This document shows positions 13,715 to 27,257 of a stretch of DNA of 64,000 nt, piece after piece (position 1 is the first letter of the stretch; each line of letters begins with the position of its first letter). The notes beneath the pieces were generated by a model. It did no database searches. It was not told the DNA's origin and saw nothing but the letters and a program-made list of their open reading frames with translations. The position numbers and the translations under genes are program-made. Source of the DNA: Eledone cirrhosa (taxonomy: Eukaryota); NCBI GenBank assembly GCA_964016885.1, contig OZ024743.1, positions 163,618,001-163,682,000 on the forward strand, written 5' to 3'.

Positions 13715-14340
13715 AGACCTCTAAATGGGCAAAAGCTGGGATGAGGTGACAAGCAGGGTGGCCTCACTCATGCAGAAATGAGCTGAAAGGAAGCTATCCC
13801 TAAAAGGTTGGGCAATGGTGGCGAACACGTACATTGTATCCATCATCTACTACTCCCTGAGCATTGTGCCTAATCCCAATCCACATTTGACTGCACTGGA
13901 GCACCCTCTCTTTCGCTTCTTATGGAAGGGACATTTGCTGTCAATACTCGCTGCATGAAGGGCTGGGCATGCTGTGGCTAATGATGTGCAAACATGCACT
14001 GAGGCTATGGCTTCTCCAGCTCTTCCTTGATGGTGAACAGGTGTGGTCGCCATTTGCTTGACACGTTTTTCCTCAGCTTGTCTCCTTGACAGAGCTGCAG
14101 TCCTGGGTCAAGTGAAAACTGAGAGGAAGCTTGGAGACTGGACTGTCTGCAAGAGCTCACAGCCCTCAGCCAATCAGGCAGTACGATCGTTGGAAACTCC
14201 ACCTTGGCATTCTATACAGGATTAATGAGGGTAAGAGCGATGATTTCCTTGGGGAGACTCTGGGCATTGATGAAAATCAACAAGCCAATCTTTTCTGGAG
14301 AACTTTTGGACTGGGGGCCATGGACAACTTCCAGAAAGTA
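13715..14340 (+). mobile_element. L1/Tx1-clade ORF2 fragment (post-RT region)
   Basis: SWDEVTSRVASL..RKLSLKG..VANTYIVSIIYY and GLGM motifs. Confidence 0.6.
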
Positions 14341-14342
14341 CC

Positions 14343-15510
14343 ATGAGCCGGGTCTGTCTAAGATGCGCGCAAGGCATCTACGGACAGCTGCAGGACAAAT
14401 TCAACAACTTGCCCAGCCATGACATCAAACTACTGGTCAGCAATTTCAATGTTCAGATTGACTGCAACAGACAGGGACTGGAACAGGCCACCGGGCTGTT
14501 CGGTTCTGCTGCAGTCACTACGGACAATGGCGAGAGACTGCAGCTCTTTTGCACCATCAACAGCTTGTGCTTCAGCAACACCTACTTCAAACACAAGCTG
14601 ATTCACAAAGCTAATTGGCAGTCTCTGGACCAGAAAAGCCACAACAAAATTGACTACGTCTACATCAACCAGTGTTGGTGCGCAATGTCAGAGTGTACCG
14701 AGGTGCAGACGTGCGCTCAGACTACCACCTACTGAGTGCTGAACTTCTGCTGTCATCATCATCATCATCATCATCAACGTTTAACGTCCGTGTTCCACGC
14801 TTGCATGGGTTTGGACGGGGGTAGTCCCACTTGAGGTAAGAGTGACTGCCTTGCTCGCATAGGACTGTCTGGCAGGTTTTCTACAGTTGGATGCCCTTCC
14901 TAACACCAACCACATTTACAGTGTGGGCTGTGTCTAAAGAAATGGACACGACAGGTACGACCGAAGCTGTATGCAGTGGAGAAGCTGAAGGATCTCGGTC
15001 AAGCACGACTGTACCAACTAGCGCTGCACAACCCGTTTCAGCAGTTGATTGAGGCTGCAGATGTGGAAGATCAATGGGTGATGTTTGCATCAGCAGTGAC
15101 TAGCAGCACAAGAAACTGCTGACCAAAGGTGAAAGTTGAATGAGATTCTGCCAGATCGGAGGAAGACTAAGGAAAAGAGATGCCCCTTACCACCAAATCG
15201 ACTGACTAGTCAAGCAAAGCTGCCGGCAGGACAAACACAGCTGGCTGGAGAAAAAAGTGCTGAGGTGGTGTAAGCTGCTGGTCGCAATGACACAAAAACA
15301 CTGTTCCGCATCGTGAGGGAGTTGACGGGAGTCAACATGTCAGTGAAGGACAAAAATGGTAAGACATTGACCACTGGAGCAGAACTAGTCCAGAGATGGG
15401 TGGAGCACTTCCAGGAGTCACTGAACCAACTAGCTCCAGTCACCCTGATAGACTTAACTGCAGAGACTCCAGCAATTGTTGCAGTACTCAAAGTCTGCGA
15501 AGACCAAGTC
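14343..15510 (+). mobile_element. RTE/BovB-like LINE fragment (APE region), interrupted by a short RTE 3'-end element
   Basis: DNGERLQLFC..NTYFKHKLIHKANW..NKIDYVYI; KDKNGKTLT..RWVEHF. Confidence 0.8.
14753..14927 (-). mobile_element. ~175-bp stand-alone RTE 3'-end unit with (GAT)n tail
   Basis: Near-identical to 34312-34485. Confidence 0.88.
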
Positions 15511-16597
15511 ACCCCCAAAAAATATATATATATAAACAAGATTATTAATGGAAAAATTTTACTTCTTTCATCCCCAAACCATATTTATTCCCTTACATGT
15601 GTTTCAAAAGATATATGATTTCCACTCTTCGAAATGTTCGTAAATTTTTCGCTTAGTCATGTCTGTCTATATGGCTATAGAGTCATATTCTTTCTCCTCA
15701 GAGAGATAAAACCTTTACACTGTATGTTGTCAGTGATACATTGACTTTACCTTTTGCAGGGATGTTGTATATAAATCATGCATATTAAGTACAGAGTTTC
15801 TTTCAATAGAAAAATATTTTTCGGGTTTTATTTTTTCCATTGTTCATTTCTTGACATCTTATTTACTTTACAGGGATAAAAAAATAATTTAATAATAAAA
15901 ACAAAACGTTTTATTTCACTTCTAGTAAAGAGAGACAATTCATGGAAACTGAATTCAGAATTTTGATCCTGGGATTAAGCAAACCAATTTTGAATCAATT
16001 CACATTTTGCGCTACTAATAACATTTGATTAAGCGGGTACTATAGGATACACATGGAAATGCATATAGTCATATTGACATGTTATTGTCTCCATATTCCC
16101 AGACCCATATAAGTGCATATTTTATTTGGCTTCCTCCATTGATGTACATACCTAATGGTGTATATAGGTTCTACAGATACACATCCCATAGCTGTGTGTA
16201 TTAAGATGTAGACCCAGAATTATTCTCATACATATGCATGGACATACATGCACACAGCTCACATAAACCCATATATAAACAGACACATATATACACACAC
16301 ACACACACATATATATATACACATACGCACATATGTCTTCACAGTTAGGTATACAACAAATCCTCAAGTAAGCATTTATCCATGCCTTGATAGGTTCATA
16401 CACCAGGAATTATGTGTATGGACTCATCCAAATGTATATAACTATAGATAGTCTTATTTTGCTTTGTGTGGTGGTATCCATAATAGGGCTAATTTGGGGA
16501 AATGTATGTCCTTGAAAATTGTATATTTCCAAAATACATATTTAACACAGCAGTGTGGTAATATAATGATATATTGTTTAAATCCAAATATAGAAGT

Positions 16598-17710
16598 ATA
16601 TGTGGGCCATGAGGTGAGACTTTCGGTTGATCTATTGATGGGAAGACCACGTGGTGAAGAACTGCCTAGCAAAACCTTCAGTTATGTGAAACATCTGCAA
16701 GAGAGACTGACTGAGGTACACCAGCAAGTTAGGGAAGCTCTGAAGTTTTCGGATGGAGTGATGAAACGTCAGCATGATGCCAGGGCAAGTGAGATCAACT
16801 GTAAGGAGGGTGATGAAGTGTGGTTTTATAATCCCCAGCGGAAAACGGGACTCGCCGAAGCTGCAGAGTTCATGGGAATGACCCTATACTGTGATGAATC
16901 ACCTATTCAGTGTGATGTACAGGATTCAAGGAGGCAAGATGTCTCCTCATAAGATTGTGCATGTGAACTGTCTGTGGAAGTACTATGGGTCTGGCCAGTT
17001 CAGCTGGGATATCCCTGGGAGGTTGGACACATCTCTTGACAAAGGCACTGGGGAGGATCAAAGAGAAGGAGCACAAGAGCAAGTCAGTCACTGTAAGGAA
17101 GAAATACGAGAAGAAGAAGTAAACCAAAAATAGAATCAAGAGACACCAGGGGAAATGGATCCAAGCTGGGAAAAACAATGTCCTCGGAAGCGGCAAAGGA
17201 AAAAACCCTATAAGTTCAAGGATTATTTTCTGTATGATTAATGAATATTTATAAATTTTGTGTACTTTTGTCAGGTCGACAAAGATGTTGGGAGGGGTAG
17301 TGTTATGAAGGAGATAGTAAAGTCTGTCATCAGCTGTAAATGTGATGAAAAAACTAACAATGGATCACGTGACTGATTTGAAGCATGATGCATGGTTTTT
17401 TTTTTTGTGTTTTACTGGAGATAGATTATTTAAACGAGTGGAGTTGCCAATGCAGGGAGTTGATATGCTGTTGGCAGCTAGAGCACTCTAAGGTTGGTGG
17501 CATGGTAAAAACAGTTGGTGTAAAGTTGGCTATGTGAATAGTCGGTGTGAACCCAGGCAGTGAAGAACAAACTTACACAAGACATCCAGCCTGGTGCATC
17601 TATTTCTTTTCTTCTAAGGAAGTTGGCTTGCTGGTCAGGATTGCGGTTTCCCAGCTGCTGACTTTGGGTTGTTGGAGCCATGTTGCAGTTGGAGACTGCA
17701 TTTTGCAACA
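16598..17710 (+). mobile_element. Second Gypsy remnant: integrase C-terminus, PPT and 3' LTR (17301-17710, TG...CA)
   Basis: GHEVRLSVDLL..VWFYNPQRK, a GPY-like region, KIVHVNCL; PPT GGGAGGGGTAG directly before TGTTATG; ends GCAACA. Confidence 0.75.
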
Positions 17711-18033
17711 ATCATCATCATCATCATTTTACGTCCGCTTTTCCCTGCTTGCAAGGGTGGGACAGGAACTGATTCTGGCTTGATTTCTACAGCTGGATGC
17801 CCTTCCTAACACCAACCTCATTTACAGTGAGTGCTGGGTGTTTTTTTGCAGTCGCGCCTACATGTCCACTTTGCAGTGGAATGATAGGGATCCCAGTCCC
17901 TATCATCTCATTTCTACAGCTGAGTAAATTGGAGCAATGTAAAATAAAGTGTCTTGCTCAAGGAAACAACACATCACCCGGTCTGAGAATTGAACAATAT
18001 GTGTATATATTTATATGCATGTATGTGTGTGTG

Positions 18034-18076
<43 letters not shown>

Positions 18077-19350
18077 ATATAGATATATATATTTGTTTAG
18101 CTAAGAATGTAGGCTTTATATGTAGCAGTTTCAAACAACCACAGGAAACAAGCACTACCAAATTCTTGGAGGGCTCTGTAGAAACAGTAGATAGCTTCTG
18201 TTACCTGGGAGACCAAATTAGCAGCAGAGGTTGGTGTTCTGAAAGTACACTAGCCAAAGGAAAATGATGGAAGAAGTTCAGGGAGCTTCTACCACTGCTA
18301 GCTTTTCCCTCAAAATGAACAGCAATGTTGCATGGTAGTGAGACCTGAGCATTGAGTGCAGAAGACTTGCATAGATTGGAAACAAATGAAGCTTGCATGC
18401 TCCGATGGTTGTGTAATAGGAATATACGAGAAGGGCAAAGCATAAATGAATTGAAAGAGAGACTAGGCATAAGAGGAATCACTTAGTTCGTTTATGCTTT
18501 GCCGTTCATGTATATTACTATTACACATCCATTGAAGCATGCATGCTTCTTTCCTTTCCAATCTGTGCAGATCCTCTGCACACAAGCCCAGGTTTCACTA
18601 CCATGTAACATAGCTGTTCATATACAAGCATCATACAATCTGCCTTTCATTTTTAGAGAGAAACCTTTTGTGGCCAACAGCAGCATTAGCTCTCTGAACT
18701 TTTTCCGTCTTGTTCTAACTCTGGCTACTGTACTTCCAGAACACCCTCCTCCACTGCTGATTTTGTCACCCAGGTAACAGAAAGTGTCTACCATTTCTAT
18801 ATAGATAGCATCCAGTGGGCCCTGACACAAACTCAAACTGCATTACATCTAGATCAATTTGGTCTCTAATCAGTTGAGTAATGACTCTTTCTGTGACCTT
18901 CATGACCTAGTCAACTAACTTAATGCCCCTATAGTTTCCTCTATCTAGGGCGTCTCCTTTGACCTTGTAGAAGTTGGCAATGATGCTGCTATGGCAGTCA
19001 TTTCGTGTGACCCCATTCTGTATTACTTGGCTTACTATCCAGGTGACCATGGCATGTCCCACCATTCCAGATGCCTTCAACATTTCAGCAACTATCCCTG
19101 AAGGCCCAGCTGCTTTACCTGTCTTCATATCTCTGATTGCCTTACTTATTATACTACCATTAACTTGCACCTCTAGTCCTTCTGTTGGATCAATGTGGGG
19201 CAGACTATCTTTCTTCCATTCATTCTCCTCATTTAGTAGTCTCTCGTAGTGACACTTCCAAGCTACCTTCTTATCAGTATCAATGAGAGCAACTATACCA
19301 TCGTCATTACAGGCACATGTCTCCCCGACAATATCACAATCCTCCTTGAT
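17711..19350. mobile_element. Mosaic of RTE fragments in both orientations, plus a SINE fragment (17880-17995)
   Basis: RTE 3' UTR on - (17711-17880), ORF piece on + (18097-18482), ORF pieces on - (18482-19350). Confidence 0.85.
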
Positions 19351-19354
19351 ACCT

Positions 19355-22300
19355 TGCAATCCTCAACACCTCACATCTTTGGTCCTCGCTAACTCCATAC
19401 ACCAGAGTATAACTGTAACTATTGACTACCCTTCCAAACACCCTAACAATAGACTACCAGAATTAGACACGGAACTCTGGTTAAACACTATGAATGAGAG
19501 GGACCAAATTCTTCCCTCTCATTATGCTAAACCCATGCGCCTCCAAATACCTGATAATCAAAAACTCAGCAATGTCCAATAGTGCTAAGTTTAATATTCT
19601 GATCGCAGACTTGGTAAGAGTGATGAAGAATGTATCCGCATGTGCGACCAAACTGAAATGGAAAGACACATCCAACACTTCATCAATTGCATGCAGTTCT
19701 CTGGCTACAACCAAAGAGACAGAATCAGAGTATACAAAAGAGCCATGGAGAAATATAAGACCCTCATAGAACTGGACATGAAAGGATTTGCCCATTATAC
19801 AGGAGCAAATCATGGAATAGCTTAGATAGGACTAAACATAAGATAGGGAAAGCCACTTCATGGTACGACAACCAGAGATACCAGAGTGTCATGTTCGTGG
19901 ATGCTACCCCTGGAGGTAAATTAGCTAAGAAATACCCAGCTAAAGATTAAAGTGGTAGAAAAGCCAGGAACAACCATAAAATCCCTAATCAATTTAAGAA
20001 AAGCCACTACGAATAAGAAATGTGTTATATGTAGAATGAACCCCCAGATAAATTGTAAAACTAGAAATGTAGTCTATAGCATAAGATATACAGAGGGTTC
20101 TTGCAGAAACATGACAATGACATACTTAGGTGAGACAGCTTGTAGCATAGGAGAAAGAATAAACCAACACTGGGAGGAACTAAAAGGACAAAAAACGGTT
20201 CAGTACTATAAGAACACGCCAGACAAAGACATGACGGTAATATAGACAACACCATCATCATCATCACCATGTTTCGTCCATTTTTCCACGCTAGCATGGG
20301 TTAGACGGGTTGCCCTGTTGTGGGAAATGTTAGGTCGGGTGACCTTGTCTTGATCATACAGGAACTGATTTTGGCTTGATTTCTACAGCTGGATGCCCTT
20401 CCTAACACCAACCTCATTTACAGTGAGTGCTGGGTGTTTTTTTTCCGTGGCGCCTACACGTCCACTTTACAGTGTAGTCTGGGTGTTTTTTTTTTTTTGT
20501 CGTGACACCTCCACGACCACTTTGCAGTGGGAGGGGATGGGGGCATATTGTCTATATGCTTCAGCTTCGGCTTGTTCCTGTAGGAAGTCGAGTCTTCTGT
20601 ATTACTGCGTGACACCAGAGGTCACGGTCCTGTGTCATCGCCTTTGAGAGGTGCAATTGGGCAAGATTTGCTTTTATCACCTCGTCCCAGGTCTTCTTGG
20701 GTCTCCCCACTCCATGGCTTCCATCAATTTTTAGTGCTCTGCACCTTTTTATGCAGCTGTCATCCTTCATACGCATCACATGTCTATACCAACGCATCCT
20801 CCTCTCTTGCACACAGCATTTGATTCCTCTTATGCTCAGTCTCTCTCTCAGTTCGTTTATGCTTTGCCGTTCGCATATATTACTATTACACATCCATCGG
20901 AGCATGCAGGCTTCGTTTCTTTCTAATCTAGGAAAGTCTTCTACACAGCGCCCAGGTCTCACTACTATCTAAAATTGCTGTTTGTATGCACGCATCATAC
21001 AGTCAGCCTTTCATTCTAAGAGAGAAGCCTTTTGTAGCCAGCAGTGGTAGTAGCTCCCTGAACTTCTGCCATCCTGTTCTTACCTTGGTTACTGTACTTT
21101 CAGAACACCCACCTCCGCTGTTAATTTAGTCACCTAGGTAGCAGAAGCTGTCTACTGTTTCTACAGAGCCCTCCCAGAGTTTGGTAGTGTTTGTTTCCTT
21201 TGGCTGTTAGCTGCTTGCTGTCCCAGTGCAGCTGCTACATGTAAAGCCTACATTCCTAACTAAGCTTCCTGAGATCCCACATCTCTTGTGTGCCCATTGT
21301 TTGCATTTGGGGCAGAGAATGGAGTTCCTACCTACACCTTTCCTACATACTGAGCAAGGCCATTTCCCTGGGGGGATCTGTGTTCTGTTTTCTCATCTAC
21401 TTGCTAGGACCTTAGTCTTTGACAGGTTGACTTTGAGACCCCTTCTTTCTAATCCTTGCTTCCATGTTTGGAATTTCTTCTTTAGTTCCGCCATAGATTC
21501 AGCCAGAAGTGTAAGATCATCCACATACAGAAGTTCCCATGGGCATCCGGTCTTAAACTCCTCTGTTATAGCCTGCAATAAACAGGAGAGGGCTAAGAAC
21601 AGAGCCCTGGTGGACACCAACCTGTATGCTAAATTCCTCGCTATATTCATTGCTAACCCTAACTTTGCTAACTGCTCCCCTATACATGGCTTGTACCGCT
21701 TTCACAAGTCATTCCTCTACTCCTAGTTTTCTAAGAACCCACCAGATTATAGCATGGGGGACTCTGTTGAAGGCTTTTTCCAGATCGACAAATGTCAGGT
21801 AAAGCAGTTTACTTTTAGCTAGGGACTTTTCCTGTAACTGCCTTACAAGCAAGAGGGCATCAATGGTGCTTTTTCCTGGCACAAACCCAAGCTGCATCTC
21901 ATCTAGTTTTACCCAGTCCCTCATCAGCTGTGCTATAACACTTTCCGTTACTTTCATGACCTGGTCCATCAGTTTTATACCTCTATAGTTTCCTCTATCT
22001 AGTGCATCTCCTTTACCCTTGCAGCAGTTAACAATTATGCTGCTGTGCCAATCTTTTGGTATGACACCCTCTAGTATTACCTGGTTAACAATACATGTGG
22101 TGATGATGTGACCTACCGACCCAGATGCCTTCAGCATCTCGGCTGCTATACCCGATGGACCGGTTGCCTTCCTAGTCTTCATTTGTTTAATTCGCTTAGT
22201 TACTACGCTGCTGCTGACTTGTATTGCTGGTCCCTCTATAGGGTCCACTTGCGAGTAGAATCTCTTTCTCCCATGCATTCTCCTCATTTAGTAATCTTTC

Positions 22301-22790
22301 ATAATGGCTCTTCCATGCAGCTTTCTTCTTGGCACTTGTGAGGGCAAGCTCACATCATTCTGGACACACATAGAAATTAAAATAATATCTAAACATAGAA
22401 ATGACTCAACAGGTAGACAAATCAGAGAAGCAACTGAGATAGAACTGAGAAAACCAAAGTTGAAAAGAAAAAATGAATGGAATAACAACAACCATACTCA
22501 AACACACAATACTGACTTAAGGGAAATATAAATAAATGAATAAATATATACACAAGCACAATAACAATAAACAAACTTAAACACACGTTAGTGAACAAAG
22601 ATAGAATACAAAAACACATAGACTCAAACATGAACACACACACACAAACGCATGCGCAAACAGAGACAAGAATAAATAAATAAATAAAATAAAAATGGCA
22701 TAGAGATTACAATACAATGAGAGGAAATATAATAGTACTATTGATGATGTCACAGATGTGTGACGAAAAAACTTTGATAGACTATATATA
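19355..22790 (+). mobile_element. Penelope-like element (RT C-terminus and GIY-YIG) split by an RTE insertion at ~20233-22365
   Basis: LPELDTELW, CKTRNVVYSI..YLGETACSIGERINQH before the insertion; IKIISKH..GRQIREATEI..KPKLKRKNEW after it; hammerhead-like motif at 22733-22785. Confidence 0.8.
20233..22365 (-). mobile_element. 5'-truncated RTE LINE with PHD-type insert, decayed
   Basis: RT motifs (LTFVDLEKAFNRVP, ELLYVDD), 3' UTR and (GAT)n tail. Confidence 0.93.
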
Positions 22791-23714
22791 TATATATTTA
22801 TATCTGTATTTTTAACCGTTGGTCATTCAATGATAAACATTGATTGCCAGATAAATTAACTATGGAGATATAAAAGATACAGAAGCGAAAACCAATCCAA
22901 ACCAAACAGTGAGTGTCTTCTATTATTATTTCTGGCAATATTTTAACAATATAACCCTCCCCAAATATAACATATATACATATGCATCTATATATATATA
23001 TATATCTATATATACATAATTGGTGTTGGATGCTTAAAGCGTCCGTGTGCGGTAGGTCGTATGAGCACTCGATGCCCTTGTAGAGCAGAGTATGATATCA
23101 CAGAAAAAAGAGAATCAGTGTTGCGACGAAAGGAATTTATTGAACATATTACAATTGTTTCTCGGGCGACCAGCTCGAGGCATGATTGATATGGTGATCA
23201 AACCTGACTCTGAAATCGCGCTGTCTTCGGATACATCTCGATTCTACGAAGCAGATTTTCCTATTGTCCTTTAACATCGAATTCCTTTGTTTGTTGATTT
23301 AGATCCTGTTGTCATTCCATGAGTGGTCAAGAATTGTACACGTCAGCGGTATTTCTAGCCACTCATGGTTGCCCACTGCTTGATTCTTCTCGTTCTCCAC
23401 CTGTCAATCAAAATTTCTTCATGTATCAGAATTACTACTGTGGTAATCCAAATATCATGAAAAGAGAAGATGCATTCAAAAATTTTCGATGAAAATCACA
23501 GGAAAACAGAGTCAATATAAATTAATAAAAACAATGAATAAAAACAGAACAAGTTCCTTATATTAAAAAATTCATCATTTTACAATCGTTTCTAGGATAT
23601 ATGTGTGTTGGTATGTATATCATATAGATCTATGTAAAAATTTTACAAACTATCAGAGGAAATTTACATATATATATATATATGTATGATGATGATGATG
23701 TATATATATATGTA

Positions 23715-24570
23715 TATATAAACGGAAAAAATGAAACAAAATTTCATTTCTTACTCTTAGTATGGCTGTTACTTAAATATAAGTATGTATACGTATATAC
23801 ATATATGTATACAGACGTACAGTAGTATGTATATATATATATATACATACATGCACACATATATATATATGTATGTATGGATTCACCGAACATTTATTAT
23901 AATGCTCGGTGTGTTTGTAAACAAACATCCCGAATTAAGCCGTACAGTGTCTAGCAACCATCGTTGCTCATTTGTTCAACACTGACAAAGGAACGCTGTA
24001 CTAGTTTCAAGCTTATTAGCTATCGTCAGCAATGTATACCTTCCTGCCAGATGTGTATGTACGTATACATACTGACATTTAAGTAACAGCTGTACTAAGA
24101 GTGAGAAATGAAATTTTGTTTCATTTTTTCCGTTTATCGTTTTCGGTACCCCGGCTGATTAACTCACTCGATATGCAAATTAGGCTGCTCAGCCGTTAAT
24201 ATGCACAAGGAAAGTAAGTATATACTTTCAGACGTTCAACCATCTGGCAGGAAGGTATACGTTGCTGACGATAGCTAATAAGCTTGAAACTAGTACATCG
24301 TTCCTTTGTCAGTGTTGAACAAAAGGGCAACGATGGTTGCTGAGCACTGTGCAGCTTGATTTGGGATGTTTGTTTACAAACACACCGAGCATTATAATAA
24401 ATGTTCGGTAAATCCATACGTACATATATATATATGTGCATGTATGTATATACATACTACTGTACGTCTGTATACATATATGTATGTACGTATACATACT
24501 TATATTTAAGTAACAGCCGTACTAAGAGTGTGAAATGAAATTTCGTTTCATTTTTTCCGTTTATATATAT
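23715..24570. mobile_element. Fold-back element with ~330-bp inverted arms, each carrying a minimal hammerhead; Penelope pLTR-derived
   Basis: 23715-24050 is inverted at 24240-24570; a third partial copy at 24078-24137; flanked by (TA)n. Confidence 0.8.
24259..24301 (+). ncRNA. Minimal type I hammerhead ribozyme motif (inverted copy at 23993-24035 on -)
   Basis: ACGTTG-CTGACGA-T-AGCT-AATA-AGCT-T-GAAA-CTAG-TA-CATCGT: conserved core, stem II, palindromic stem III ACTAGT, GUA cleavage triplet. Confidence 0.75.
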
Positions 24571-25089
24571 ATGTATATTTTGTTTTTTTCTCTAGAGGGG
24601 AAAAAGATCTTTTCCACAAATATTTGTTGTTCTAAAACAATTTTATTGTTGTTTCAGAACAATTCAGTTTAATTTAACTGTTTTGTCCTAAGTAGTTTTT
24701 ATTGTTCTAGAACAGCTCAGTTTAATTTAGCTGCTTTGTTCAATGTAACCAGATATTAATACAACCATGTAACCAGATATTAATCATGTAACCAGATATT
24801 AACCAGATACAAATTTACAATTATGTTTATGATTTTAGCTGGGGTCATATTCAAATTTATGACAGTTACTCTTCTAATGTAGAATTTGGCCTCAGAGCAA
24901 GTTAAAAACATACAGAAATGGCCTGTTTACCAATTCATTCATTTACAGTAGTTTATCCTTTTGAACTGAGCTTTCAGTTTATGTTGTAAATGAGAGTATA
25001 AAAGGTGCAACTACTATTTATGTAAATATTCTTATATAGACAAACATGCTTGAAATATATCTTTTTTAAATGTATTTATGTACATCTAT

Positions 25090-25525
25090 CACCAACATGT
25101 TTACATTTGTTTTTCCATTAGTTGGATGTGTCTCATCCAGCACTGCTTTCCTCCATTTGTTCTGTTCCTTTGTTACCCACCCTCCCTTGAGATCAGCACT
25201 TGCCAATTCTGCCCAGCTTTTCTTTGGTCTTCATCTTTTGTACTTTCCTCTTGCTAGTAATATGTTGTACTTTTTCACCCAACAATCATCATCCAAACAC
25301 ATCACATATCAACACCAGTGCAATCTTCACTTTTGAACATTGCATCTTCCTCTTATGCTCAGTTTTTCTTTCAATGCACCTGTACTCCATCGTTCATGCA
25401 CACAACATTACACTTCCAGCAAAGCAAGCTAGCCCCATTTCTTTCTAACCACTGCATATTCACTGCATTCAATGTATATACCTCATTACCATGTAACATA
25501 TCACTTTGTACGTAGACAGGTATCA
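25090..25525 (-). mobile_element. Old RTE 3' fragment
   Basis: MLHGNEVYTL..LERNGASLLCW. Confidence 0.7.
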
Positions 25526-25920
25526 TATTAGCAATTTTTTTAATTTTATAATTGTCAATTAGTTTCACACATTATCCCTGATAATTGGACAACTGTCTGA
25601 TGATTATCATTTCAGATTTGAAGATTAATACATCTATGGACTTCTAAATATATATAGAGAAAAAACCTCTATTGTATATCCAGTCTCTATCTCTATAGTG
25701 ACCATTTTATTTTCTATCTTTTATCTATTTATTTATTAACAATATGAAAAGCAAAAAGTGTCACGCATATATTATGAAATAAAAAAAATGAAGTTCAGCT
25801 GGAACTTGTGTAAATTGTTGTTTCTAGGTCAGTTATTGACTGAGGGAGATTTTGAAGGGATTTAGTAATATAACTGTCTTGTTATTAAGCTACTATTATG
25901 AAGAGATTTAGTAATATAAT

Positions 25921-26190
25921 GCCCCCCTCCCATTGCAAAGTGGTCGTGCAGGTGCCACGGTAAAAAAGTACCCAGCCCACACTGTAAAGTGGACATGTAG
26001 GCACCAGGGAAAAAAAGCACCCAGCACTTAATGTAAATGAGGTTGGTGTTAGGAAGGGCATCCAGCTGTAGAAATCAAGCCAGAATCAGTTCCCGTATGA
26101 GCAAGACAAGGTCAGCCGACCAAACACTGCCCACAACAGGACAACCCATGCTAGCGTCGAAGAACGGATGTAAAACGGTGATGACGATGA
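25921..26190 (+). mobile_element. RTE 3' UTR fragment ending in a GATGACGATGA tail
   Basis: Reverse-complement match to the 3' UTRs at 20233-20540 and 40450-40700. Confidence 0.85.
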
Positions 26191-26319
26191 TATATATATA
26201 TACACATGTACATGTATGTGTATATATATATATAGAGGAAAAAGTTTAACCCCAACTTGAGTACTCTGGTCCGTTATGGTCCATCTGGTTCCTTACCACA
26301 CTTCCTTCGTTATATATAT

Positions 26320-26359
<40 letters not shown>

Positions 26360-26363
<4 letters not shown>

Positions 26364-27007
26364 AATTAGTATATCTACCAACATATATATACAGATGTAT
26401 ACCCATGCAAGCAAATATATAGGTTTTTTCTTAGTAACTTTGTGGGGATGCAGAACAATTATATGAAAAACGTAAAATAAGAAAATTATAGTAATTAACT
26501 TGCTTACTTAAATTTCACTCCAACTAATTAGTTTCTGAAAGGGAATATACATGGAGAGCATGGAGAAACCTTTTTGTCATCAGGGAGTCATTCTCAGCTA
26601 AGATACAATGCGTGGACACAGGAAACTTATACAAAAATATTCAGTGGATGGAAAAGAGCAAACGGGGACTAAATTCCAGAACACTGAAAAAATCACTGCC
26701 TTCTTGTTCGATGGTAAATTCAAAAGAATTAATCAGTGAGCAGTGGGGTGTTAAAAAGACAGTAGCCAAGCTGTTACTATGAACTATAGTAGTAATTTTG
26801 GCAAATTTTTGCTCAACAAAATAATTTGGAGATAATTATAAAGAATTAGAATATCTACCAACATATATATATATACAGATGTATACCCATGCAAGCAAAT
26901 ATATAGGTTTTGTCTTAGTAACTTTGTGGTTCAATGCAAGGGGATGCAGAACAATTATATGAAAAACGTAAAATAAGCTAATTACTATAATTTTCTTATT
27001 TTACGTT

Positions 27008-27015
<8 letters not shown>
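26360..27015. mobile_element. (TA)n-embedded element with a ~130-bp direct repeat, a short terminal inversion and a hammerhead on -
   Basis: 26360-26480 repeated at 26840-26977; 26979-27015 inverts 26461-26498. Confidence 0.7.
26517..26588 (-). ncRNA. Type I hammerhead ribozyme motif
   Basis: Minus strand: ACTCC-CTGATGA-caAAAAGG...CCTTTca-GAAA-CTAATTAG-TT-GGAGT; perfect 5-bp stem I, palindromic stem III. Confidence 0.7.
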
Positions 27016-27056
<41 letters not shown>

Positions 27057-27257
27057 CATAAGTTATTCCGGATTGAATCGGAAGTAACCACAGTAAATAA
27101 GGTACTCAATACATAGCAGAGTATAAATGTTTTAATATAGAAGAGCTACAGGACTAGAACTGTTTCATTGTGAGAAATCATCAGGAAGCCCTATTAAACA
27201 TATAGCTCTATATTAAAACACACACATACATATATATGTATATATATAGCTTCAATT

